From the NCBI GenBank assembly GCA_951406725.2, contig OX597821.1:69688001-69752000 (forward strand): 64,000 bases of DNA, in the 5' to 3' direction. Below, piece after piece: positions 53,173 through 64,000 of this stretch (within the stretch, counting starts at the first letter, position 1; every line of letters starts with the position of its first letter). Both the position numbers and the translations under genes were made by a program. The notes under the pieces were generated by a model that searched no databases, was not told where the DNA came from, and saw only the letters and a list, made by a program, of their open reading frames with translations. This stretch comes from Octopus vulgaris. Taxonomy: Eukaryota.

Positions 53173-55068
53173 ATGGGTTCCAGTGATTCGGCTGAGGTAA
53201 CCAACCTAGTAGGCGCATATCTATTAAAATGCATAAGCAAGGATATCCCAGAATTACAGGGGGGTCTATATAGGGATGATGCTCTGTTTGTTATCCCTAG
53301 TAATAATAAATCTGTTATAGAAAGGATTAGAAAGAAAATTAATAAGTTCTTTAGGGATTTCAACCTCAGTATAACGTATGAACCGGGCACTAAAATAGTT
53401 AATTTCCTAGATACTACGCTAGACCTTAACTCCAAACTACATTACCCATTTAGAAAGGAAGGTGAAATCACGAATTACGTAAATAAATTATCAAATCATC
53501 CCCCAAATATTATAGAATCTTTAGTAAGAAATATTTCATTAAGAATTTCAAAATTATCATCCAATAAGGATATTTTTAACTCCCATTCTGAGCATTATAA
53601 TGCGGCGTTAACTAAGGCTGGATACAACCAAAAGATTACATTCGTTGATAAGGGGAACTCACGTATTCCTAATAATGAAGTTATCAATAATCACGTAAGC
53701 AGCAATGAAGTCCAAGCCCGAAATAAAAGTAGAATTAAACTAACGGTAAACGCTAATCTAGCGTACAGGCCCAACAATTCAAATAGAAACATTGACCAGA
53801 ACATAGGTAACTCGGATAGTATTGAAGTAGATAAACCTAAGATGCACACAAATAAAAATAAAAATAATGGTAATAAATACAATAACTCCGGTGAGATGAA
53901 TAGTAATAATTCTACGAACCCTAAATTTAATAAAAAAGATATATTTTGGCTGAATATTCCTTTCAACTGTGCGATACAATCGGATATACAGAACAAATTC
54001 AAAGTGATTCTGGAAAAAAATTTCCCTATCTCTCATAGATATCATAGAATTATTTCTAGGAAAACAGTTAGGATTTCTTATTCAACCCTCCCAAATATGT
54101 CCACTTTAATAGCTAAGATTAATAATAACAACATTAAACTAGCCAGGAAAGATAGAAATATAAATAATAATAATAATAATAATAATAATATCAGCATGAA
54201 TACCAATAGCAATTGTAATAATACTACCAACAATAAAAACAGCAATAGTAACTATCAAAACATAGGTGAAATTAGTAACCACAGAATGACTAATAACATT
54301 AACATTAATAGTAATAATAGCAATGCCGATATTAGTAGAAGTAATAATGTTAATAATAGAAATAATAGAAATAGGGAAAATAGAGAAAATAAGGAGAATG
54401 AAAATATTAGTGATATCTATAACAACAATATGCAGTCGGATAAAAAGACTAGCAATAATATTAACATTACCAATAATATAAGAAATCATGGTAGGACTTT
54501 AGATCTAAATAATGAAACAGAAGGATCAAGAAATAATAGCAATACTTTAGATATCAGCACCAACTATAGAAATGATAATCAAAATAATAGGAACCTAAAA
54601 CATCTACCCAAGAATAATCCAAAGCCTGAAGGTGTTCCTCCTGTGTGTAAGTGTAGAATAAAATCAAAATGCCCGGCACCTGGTCTATGTGGAGAAAATA
54701 ATGTAATCTATAAATGTACCATATCCACGGAGAATAACAAATATTATTACATTGGATGTACAATTAATTTTTTAGCTAGAGTTAGAAATCACATCTCGAC
54801 TTTTAAATTACGTCATAAAGCTGGTACCACCACACTTTCAAACAAAATCTGGGAACTCAAAAATAATAATAAAAATTATAACCTTAATTGGGAAATAGTT
54901 AGGAGAGCAATTCCGTATAAAAATAGTAGGGTTGGTTGCCAACTATGCTCCATGGAGACATATGAAATTCTAAAGCATAGAAAACATAGAAACCTATTGA
55001 ATAACCATATCGAACTAGGTCAAGTTTGTGTCCACGCTAAATTGAAGACTTTAAAATATTTTAAATGA
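53173..55068 (+). CDS. PLE reverse transcriptase (C-terminal half) + GIY-YIG endonuclease, N-terminally truncated
   Basis: (FFDIP)MGSSDSAEVTNLVG, GLYRDDAL, VNFLDTTLDL, SNHPPNI, CKCRIKSKCPAPGLC, VIY..YYIG, CQLCSMET; frame open from ~53116. Confidence 0.95.
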   Translation: MGSSDSAEVTNLVGAYLLKCISKDIPELQGGLYRDDALFVIPSNNKSVIERIRKKINKFFRDFNLSITYEPGTKIVNFLDTTLDLNSKLHYPFRKEGEITNYVNKLSNHPPNIIESLVRNISLRISKLSSNKDIFNSHSEHYNAALTKAGYNQKITFVDKGNSRIPNNEVINNHVSSNEVQARNKSRIKLTVNANLAYRPNNSNRNIDQNIGNSDSIEVDKPKMHTNKNKNNGNKYNNSGEMNSNNSTNPKFNKKDIFWLNIPFNCAIQSDIQNKFKVILEKNFPISHRYHRIISRKTVRISYSTLPNMSTLIAKINNNNIKLARKDRNINNNNNNNNNISMNTNSNCNNTTNNKNSNSNYQNIGEISNHRMTNNININSNNSNADISRSNNVNNRNNRNRENRENKENENISDIYNNNMQSDKKTSNNINITNNIRNHGRTLDLNNETEGSRNNSNTLDISTNYRNDNQNNRNLKHLPKNNPKPEGVPPVCKCRIKSKCPAPGLCGENNVIYKCTISTENNKYYYIGCTINFLARVRNHISTFKLRHKAGTTTLSNKIWELKNNNKNYNLNWEIVRRAIPYKNSRVGCQLCSMETYEILKHRKHRNLLNNHIELGQVCVHAKLKTLKYFK

Positions 55069-56166
55069 TTAGAATATTCGTAACTAGATGGTTAGATATA
55101 ACCTGATTTCTACTGGTATAGCACTGCTTTAAGTAGATAACTAAGAGTTCTCACACTACAGTTATCTTTTTCCTATATCTGCATCAGTTTTTTGAGAACA
55201 GGGAAATGAATAGCACTTATTCGCTGCTTAATTGAGGCTTTATTTAATTTCAAACTCACAATTTTTAAATTTTTAAATTCTTAATTTTAAATCTTAATTG
55301 TAATTTTTAATTTTAGTTCCTAACCTAATCTAATTTAATTAGCATAACTCTAATTAATTAAAATGAGTTACTATAGACCCATAATTCTATTTCAAAATTA
55401 AATAAATGAGACTATTCCCTCGGTGATAATATGATTATCTTCATTATGATAGACAATCCCCAAACACCTTTTAAATGATCTTCTAAGATTTGACCTGTAG
55501 TCCGTCAATGTATGAATAATAACGGCAACTCCTTAAGACAATAAAATGAATAAATTAAATAAGTAAATCTTAATGACTTTTTGATAAGATTATACCTAGT
55601 TTTCCCTAATGTATTTTCTGGTGATTTTAGCATCTGACCCCGAAACCCCTAACTGTGTTATCTCTTTAGATTCTCTTTAAATTCATAGCTGATTTCAACA
55701 GCAATAAATTAGCTGTTTTAACTGGTCAAAGAATAATATTCTCCTCTAATTCCTAGATGCCTGTAAATTAAAACCAGACTTGTCGTCTACTAATTCTTCT
55801 GTATAACTAGAACCCTCTTTTTTTTTCTTTTTCTTTCTTCTTTTTTTTCTTTCTTCTTTCTTCTTTTTTCTTTTTTTCTTCTTTTTCTTGAATTGAAACC
55901 CACCTCGTTGTAATTAACAATGGATAAATTTGTCTTCTGTGAGTATGTAATCCCTCATCATATCTCTGGAAATTCATATGTGCACTATGGATTAGGTCAC
56001 CTTCTCTGTGATGCTATTAAGACTTTTTTAAAATTCTGTGATAAGACTGTACATCATCTTTAAAGAACTTTAATGAACTTTTGAAATCTGTTTATGTTAC
56101 TTAATTATCTACATTACTTCATGAGTATAGCCTCAACCACTAGGATGTCTAGAGAACTCACATGTA

Positions 56167-56257
56167 TTTTAGCTGATGAGTACGGGACACGTTTATATGC
56201 TGTAATTTTTGCAACTTTTAATAAAACCTGTCCTTGTATGAAACGATTGTACTAAAA
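56167..56257 (+). ncRNA. Type I hammerhead ribozyme in the 3' pLTR
   Basis: ttttag-CTGATGA-gtacgggaca..tgtccttgtat-GAAAC-gatt-GTA-ctaaaa. Confidence 0.88.
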
Positions 56258-56413
56258 ACCTATCCATTCTTGTTGCTTCATTCTCGCTTATAATCACCCC
56301 ACATTACTGTATTGTTAAATCAGTATAGTTTTTTTTTGGTGCATCTAAGTTAGGTACCATATTCAAGTAAATTCATTTAAATTAACTTGAATCTTTATTG
56401 CTTTTTGTATATA

Positions 56414-56473
<60 letters not shown>

Positions 56474-57145
56474 TGCATATATATATGTGTGTGTGTGTAT
56501 GAATATATATATATATACACATATATGAATAAGTAGATAGGTAGATAGATAGATACATACATATATACATACATATTTATATATATATACCGGATTTGTC
56601 GTACGTCATATAAACATTCAGATAAAACTTACCTGCAGTCTTAAACATACATTCGAATACAAACCACCACGTTAGCCCGGCATCAACATTAACACCAACA
56701 TACACACACATACACGCGCGTGCACTGAAACACGCACACACACACACGAATACACACACAAACCATACGCAAACACACAAGTACGCTTCTGCATGCGCGC
56801 ATACAAAGCCACAGCGAAAGCACACACCATCCATTCTCACACACGAACTCGTACATCCATCTTTTCATGAGTGTTGACATTCAACACACTGTACAGGAAA
56901 ATCCGGTCGCCCTCATCTATTGAAATTCTAACGCAGTTAAGCCGTTCAGTAAATACGGCATTGAGTTTCCTTTGTAAGACACGCTCTCCTCTCTATTGGC
57001 TTTCTTAAACGGCTCTCCAGCGCAGAATAACTAATTCACTTACAGCCTGACATTGCTTTCGCGCTTCGTTATATTTAAACATAGATTTTTTTCTTAATGT
57101 TACCAATTTATATACGATCATACCAATACACACAATCGCATGCAT

Positions 57146-57187
<42 letters not shown>

Positions 57188-57344
57188 GAGGAGGAGGAGG
57201 AGGAAATAAAAATTCTCTCACAGACATCAGTGTTTTCAATTGCATGGCACTTCAGCTGTTGGCATCATCAGATGCAAAAACCTTGTTGCTTGACGTCTCT
57301 GGTTGAAACTTGGGTGCAAAACCAAAACAAAATAATGATAATAA

Positions 57345-57660
57345 TCCTTCCAACTAAAGGCAGAAGGCCTGGAATTTGGGGTACTTAATTTATCGACCCC
57401 GAAAGAATGAAATGTAAAGTCGTCCCCGGAGGAATTTGAACTCAGAACGTAGCGACGGGCGAAATATCGCGAAGCATTTCGTCCAGCGTGCTAATGATTC
57501 TGCCAACTCGCCGCATTAACAACAACAACAACAAAATCAATAATAATGATAATAATCTTTTTTAATATAGACATAAGGCATAAAATTTGTGGAGAGGAGT
57601 AAGTCGATCACATCGACCCCAGTACTTGATTGGTATTTAATTTATCGAACCGAAAGGATG
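57345..57660 (-). mobile_element. Two SINE family 1 fragments
   Basis: 57345-57516 and ~57560-57660 match the family 1 core. Confidence 0.82.
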
Positions 57661-59312
57661 TGTGGAATAGCTGAGAACCTGTGTGTACTGATTATGAACA
57701 GCATGCTTAGCTGGAAAACGCGTCTTTCCCGTAACAACCTGCACTTAGCCGAGGTAACAATCAATAGATGTATCTTCCAAGGAGACTCTTGTTCACCTCT
57801 GTTATTTGTTATAGCCTTGATCCCACTTTCTGTAGTCTTACATAAAATCAACGTGCACTATGAGCTGAGGAAGAACGGACCTCGTCTCAACCAGCTTCTC
57901 TTCATGAATGATTTAAAACTGTTCGCAAAAACAGAGCCTGAAATGGAGAGGCTGTTTGAGACTGTGCAAATGTGCAGCAAGGATATAGGGGTGGAATTCG
58001 ATATCTCGAAGTGTGCGGTTCTTACTATGAAACAGGGGGGAAAAGAGTAAATTGTATGGGCATACAATTGCCAAACGGAGAGAAAATGGAAGACCCGGAT
58101 GATGATGGGTACAAGAACGTTGGTATCCAGGAGCTGAACAATATCTTGCACAGAGACAAAAAGACAAGGTCATCACTGCATATTTCGAGCGCCTCAAATT
58201 TCTTTTGAAATAAAAACTCAACTCCAGGAACCTTTTGACTGCCATCAACATACGGCAGTTGTTGTCTGCTATAAGTGCACCCATCCTGAAATGGGCACAA
58301 GCGGAGACTGACCAACTCGATGGCACTACCCGAAAGACAATGCCAATGTATGGTTCCCTCCTCCCTAAGACGAATGTACACAGGCTCTACACGAAGAGAG
58401 GTAAGGGTGGACGTGGGCTGATTTGCGTACGGGAGTGCATCAACAATGAAAGAAAAAATATGGCAAAATATTTGGTTAACAGCAAACAAGGCCGGCTGCA
58501 GTATGCTGCTAGTGCCGAAGGAGTTAACAAAAATGGACCTGAGAGTGCTCATGAATTCCGCACAAGAACAGCCAACGAGAAAGAAGAAACCCTACTGCGT
58601 ATGGGATTACATGGTCAGTTCCATCGTGAAACCAACAAATTAAAAGACCAGAAAGCATCATGGAGGTGGCTCCAGTAGGGTGACCTAAAAAGAATACTGA
58701 AAGCCTAATCATCGCGGCCCAGTACCAGGCATTGAATACCAACTCAGTGAAAAATAATATATACCACAATAATGTAGAATGTGTAGGACGTGGGTCGAAA
58801 GCGTGACTCACATTGTTAGTGCTTGTGAAAGTCTTGCGCAAAAAGAGTACAAGCGTAGATCGGACAAAGTACCCCAAAACCTCTACTGGCTACTATGCCG
58901 TAAGTATGGATATGGGTGCTTGGTACCAAGATACACCGAAAAAGGACGAAACATATCATCATGAAAGAAAAAGAAAAGGTTGATAAATATGGAGACCTGA
59001 GGAGTGAGATCGCTAAGATGTGACAGCTACGAGAGTCGAACATAAAGGTTATTCCTATTGTCATCGGAGTATTGGGTTCAAAACCACTCAATCTAAAAAA
59101 AAAAAACACATTTGAAAACCTTAGAGATACCCTACAATCTTGGTGTATTGCAAAAGTCGGCATTACTTGGAACTGTACGCATATTGCGTAAAGTACTGTC
59201 TGTCTGAGGTCCTCGTTGTGACTTGACAAACACTACAAACCCCCGGTAGACACAATATCTTCAATCAACAACATCACGATATTGTATACAGTGCGACGTC
59301 TATTATAACAAT
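57660..59312 (+). mobile_element. R4/Dong LINE, 5'-truncated, decayed
   Basis: IFQGDSCSPLLF, LLFMNDLKLF, RLYTKRGKGGRGL, ESVTHIVSAC, IPIVIGVLG; AAT tail. Confidence 0.92.
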
Positions 59313-59319
59313 AATAATG

Positions 59320-60510
59320 ATACTTATATACACTGGAAAGTATTCCAACATTATGGAGACCTATGTACACTGAAAGCTATGCTAACACTATGGAATGACA
59401 ACAGAAAAAGATGGTATAAGCATTTCCCTGAAAACGTCTCATAAAAAGACAAAGCAACCATACTGCCGGATATGCCAATATAGACAAATAAAGAGATCAA
59501 GGCTAATTGACCGGATATAGCTGTCAGAAATCATAAAAAAAAAGAAATAATGCCTGCTAATCGATGTATGATGCCCCAAAAAGGACAAATGACTTGTAGG
59601 GAGATGGCATTTCGTTATGCAACCATAATATGCTATATAGTACATTAAATGATTTTATAAGTGTATACCGTGTACTATTGTGTTGGCAGTGCTCTTGCAT
59701 CACGTGTTAAATCCACCTCCACAGGTTTTTCATATATATCACAGCCAGTACTGATTTTGTTACGTCGATTCGTATTCGACGGCACAAGAACAAGCGCTAA
59801 GAGCGAACTATGTAAAGTGCAGTATTGACAACACAACTGAGAGCGACAAATGCAGAATGTGTGGTGAGAGGTGTAAAATGGAATAGTTCGTTCTTAGTGA
59901 ATGCCCGAAACCACCCCAACGCAAGCATAAAAGACGACATGACACTGTGGCAAGATAAATCTACTGTGGAAAGTACGGCCTACGAAGAGCAAAGACGTGG
60001 TGTGACCAAATCCCAGAAAGAGTTTACGAAACTGAAGATTGCAAAATCCCGAAGGAGGCAATGATTCAGTGTGACCATCAGATCAGATATAGGAAACTTA
60101 GAATTGCTGTAGTGGACAAAAAAGAAAAACTTGCATGATAATGGACATAACATGTCCTGGTAACAACAGGTTCAATAGAAAGAAGAAAAGGACAACTATG
60201 ACAATTTGAAGGGAGAAATACGCAGGTTGTGGGCATTGAAGAGAGTGAGCATGATACGAATAATAATTGACGCGCTTGGATGTATGAACGCTCAACTACC
60301 AACATGGCAGAAAAATATTGGGACAAATGTAAAAGTAGAATTATGATTAGTTAGAAATGCAACAGTTCTCCGCAGGGTTCTTGAAGTATGATCAACAAAC
60401 AAGTGTTACCTCAGTCTGCTGGCTGTGGACAGCTGACATTTTCCATCATACCCAACAAAATGAGCTGTGAGTTTTCATCAAAAAATTATAGTAATAATAA
60501 TAATAATAAT
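59320..60510 (+). mobile_element. Two further R4/Dong 3' fragments
   Basis: WYKH..EIKAN*PDIAV; AQEQALRANY..DKCRMCGE; AAT tail. Confidence 0.8.
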
Positions 60511-60511
60511 A

Positions 60512-62005
60512 AATTCTGAGGAAAGCAAAAAGCCACCAACAAAAAGTCGACCATTTGTTATTCATAGATGACCTCAAACTTTATGGTAAAGATGAATCCC
60601 AAGTCAGTTCGCTCGTTCATATTGTGTATACTTTCAATGCTGATATCAGAATTGGATTCGTACTGAGAATGGGTGGTGTGTTAGCCTTGAAGAGAGGCAA
60701 AATCAAATGTATGGACGGGTCAGCGATACTGTCGTGGGGAGGTTATGAACCAGACAGAAGAAACGGGCTATAAGTACTTGGGGATACTGGAAATGGATAA
60801 ATTGATGGAGAAAGAAATGACAGAAAAATTTAAGGTGGAGTACTTGCGCAGACTGAGACTGATCCTTAAGTCGAAATAAGATTGAAGCTGTCAACACCTG
60901 GGTGGTTTCACTTCTTATATATGGAGCATGGGTGATCGCATGGACAGTAGACGAAATAAACAGCTTAGACAGAAAGACGAGGAAGTTGCTAACAACATAT
61001 GGGACACTCCACCCGAAAAGTGACACAGACAGACTGTGTACCAAGAAAAAGATGGGGAAAAGGACTTATTGGATGTGAACACAGCATTAGAGCAGAAGAA
61101 AATAACATAGCATGGTATGTAAAATATGCCACAGAACAGCAATTATTAGAAGTAAGAAGACCAGGCTTGTGTAGAATGAAGCACTGTACAAGCAACTGAA
61201 AATGGGTGGGAAAAGAAAAGAATGCATGGACAATTTTATAGGGATGCTGAAGAGAAAAAAGATGGCTGTGGATGACTCAAATTGATTTAAAACCGGAAAC
61301 GGAGGCACTAAGAACAAAATACAGAAAAGACAATACTCCAGAAAGTGATAAGTGCAGAATTTGTGGACAAAATGGTGAAACCGTATGGCATATTACTAGC
61401 GAATGTATGACACTAGCCCAGAAGGAATATAAGAGACTCCACGAGAATATAGCAAGTCTTGTCCATTGGACACTTTGCAACAAGTATGGACTTGACATAG
61501 AAAAACATCGGTACGACCATAAACCCGAAGTCATCATCGAAAATGATAATGCAAAGATCCTGTGGCTTTTTATGATTCAGTGTGACCATGAGATAGAGAA
61601 TAGGAAGCCAGACATAGTCTTAATTGAGAAAGAATACAAACTATGCTGGATCATAGATATAGCGTGCCCAGCTGACAAGGTATGCAATAAAGAAGAATGT
61701 AAAGTTGAGTGATATGAGAGGTTAGCTTGGGAAGTTAAGCAGTTGTGGTAGATGAAAATGTGGTAGTAGTACCAATAATTGTCGGAGCCCTGGGAGCAAT
61801 GAGTAAAAATCTTGAGAATAACATGGAACAAATAGGGGCTGCAATAAGGCTGGAGCACTTGCAGAAAACAACACTGTTTGGAACCGCTCGAATACTCTGG
61901 AAGGTGCTCGAAAAATAAGGGGTATTACCTTAGTTCACTGGTAGTGAACAGCTGATACCGTAGTACATCTCCAGTGTTAGAAGCTGTGCAAATGCAATAA
62001 TAATG
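60512..62005 (+). mobile_element. R4/Dong LINE, 5'-truncated, decayed
   Basis: HLLFIDDLKLY, CRICGQNGETVWHITSEC, RKPDIVLIEK..IIDIACP, GTARIL; AAT tail. Confidence 0.92.
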
Positions 62006-62204
62006 ATGATGATGATGATGATGATGATGATGCTGATGATGATATGGGTACAGCTCGCATTCTAAGGAGAGTATTGTCTCTTTGAGTCTCAGGAAAAGGC
62101 ACTACTTGAAATCTTTGGTGGGTTATTATTGCTTGCTTTCAAGTAGAGAATAGCCGGTAATTAAGAACTATCTGAGAATCTTTTAGAATAACAATAATAA
62201 TAAT

Positions 62205-64000
62205 ATAAAGACTAATGGACTCTTACGAGACAACGGCCGCTAAAATAGCATATACCTAAGAGGCAGAAGCAATCATAGCACTTGAACATCCCTGCTAGGA
62301 AATGGAAACTCAATAGATTAAACCAGGATTACAGGAATCCTTTATCCTAGGGTGGAGATCCTGTCAGTGATGGCATCACGGGAAAAATACGGGTGGTTGT
62401 GCAATTCACTAACCCTCATGATGAGTGGTGAAATGTCAAATTAAGGTTGAAATGAGAACGGCGTGAATGAGGCTGGAACAGCTTGTGAAGGTCTCTCGCC
62501 CGGCGGGTGCCCCACGGGTGAGCAACATGGGCCCAGTCGTCATCAAATGACTGTTAAAAGAAGGTGGACGAAACAAATGAATGTGGCTGTAATGGAGCGC
62601 AACTTTCTGGGTGATCCGAAAAATGGTAATGAAGTAGCTTCTAGGGGATATAGGAAATGAATGCACAGGTCGGGGAGCGACAAAGGCCTATTTGAATGAC
62701 CAAGCTAGAGTCATCAGAAAGAATGAATGGTTATTTCCAGTTGAACTAGAAAAGATTAAAAGAAGGATGCTGATGGATAGTAAGACCAGCCGTGAACGAA
62801 AGGATGAGGAAGAGAATACAGATAGGGAAACTATGGTAGTAGAGTTAAAGGGAGAAAACGAGCATGAGGCTGAGATTATTGATCAGGAAATCGATGAGAA
62901 AACCGAGGAACAGATATCCATTTTATATGAAACCATTGATATTTGGACCTCTGGTAAACAGAGCTTTCATACGGGGTTTTAAAAAGTAAACAGAAAAACC
63001 TCAATGAATGAGTAAGGAAGATTAATGATATCACTGGTGTTATCAGGACAGACAACATCATAGACATCAAGAATCTAATAAATGCAATCTCGATATTTAT
63101 AGCCCGGAAGTTAGGTTTGAAAGTCAAAGGTAAATGTCAACATGGTGGAAAATTAGAATAACGCAGTCTGTTAACGAGACCAGAAAACATTAATATTCTG
63201 GAACGGAAAAAAGAAATGAAGTTCAGTGAGGGAAATATGTTGAGCTAGAAAGGGAGCATAGGGCGAAGAGAAATGTTGTGATTGAGGAATTAAAACAGAG
63301 GTTGAAAACTAAAGCACATAAGCGAAAGAAATATGAACAGAGAATTGAGCAGTATTGATTAAACAGACTTTTCGAATAAAACCAGAAACGAGTCTATCAA
63401 GAATTTGATGGGAAAGAAAAAGGTGAAAAAGCCGTCCCGGTTGCTGAAGAAAGTAAAAGATTCTGGTCAAGCATATAGTCTCAGGAGAAACAACACGAAA
63501 CTGAAGCAGAGTGGTTAAAGACACTCAAAGAGGAGAGTGGAGAGTATCAGCAGGAGGTTTTGAGAATAACCAAGGAGATGATTAGTGATCAGTGCAGGAA
63601 AATTCCTAATTGGAAAGCGCCTGATCCAGGTGGGGCTCGGGGCTTTTGGCTTAAAAACTCAGCACAAGAGAATTGCAAGATAGATGGACGAAATACTGAG
63701 TAGTGACATTCAAGTACCGGCCTGAAGGGCAAGAACGGCACTATGCCAAAAGGACCCAAATAAAGGGAATGTGGTTGGAAATTTCCGACCAATATCTTGT
63801 TTGCCACTGATGTGGAAACTGATGACGGGCATCATATCAAACAGTATTTGTAAGTACCTAGATGAGAACAACCAGTCGAATAAAAAGGGTGTAGACATAA
63901 GAGCAGAGGAACGAAGGATCAATTACTAATCGACAAGACTATCCTGGCTGACTGCAAAAGACATAAATATTTGGCGATGGCATGGATGGACTGCAAGAAA
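62205..64000 (+). mobile_element. R4/Dong LINE 5' portion running off the window
   Basis: [59 protein letters not shown]. Confidence 0.9.

Larger units (their letters stand above)
52176..56408 (+). mobile_element. Penelope-like retroelement, 5'-truncated, with upstream inverted pLTR
   Basis: 397-bp near-perfect inverted repeat 52176-52572/55890-56286, second block ~53070-53116/55780-55830; RT + GIY-YIG ORF; TA/CA microsatellite flanks. Confidence 0.95.

Noticed and set aside
51060-56640. Minus-strand CAG|GTAAGT donors near 51069 and 56632
   Set aside because: No matching acceptor or credible reading frame; expected by chance
62205-62300. HDV-like ribozyme at the R4 5' end
   Set aside because: Only a ctctta/taagag pairing found; P2, P3 and the catalytic segment could not be assigned

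Overview
Eukaryotic, AT-rich, microsatellite-dense, almost entirely repeat-derived DNA with no recognisable host gene (one candidate 78-nt exon). The SINE families and microsatellite load suggest a coleoid cephalopod such as Octopus (from recall of these repeats, not a search). Contents: tRNA-derived SINEs; CR1, RTE, Tx1-like and R4/Dong LINE remnants; mariner, Merlin-type and Chapaev-like DNA transposon remnants; Helitrons; two minisatellites; and one young Penelope-like element (PLE, 52176-56408) with an open RT + GIY-YIG ORF. Main signal: about 15 minimal hammerhead-ribozyme (HHR) motifs, intact or decayed, read directly from the sequence. Most lie in short non-coding fold-back elements of several families at (TA)n/(CA)n tracts, all with the same outward-facing polarity as the inverted pLTRs of the coding PLE. 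Some have lost the catalytic core from one arm only, and one class has a non-canonical core. Boundaries of old remnants are approximate.
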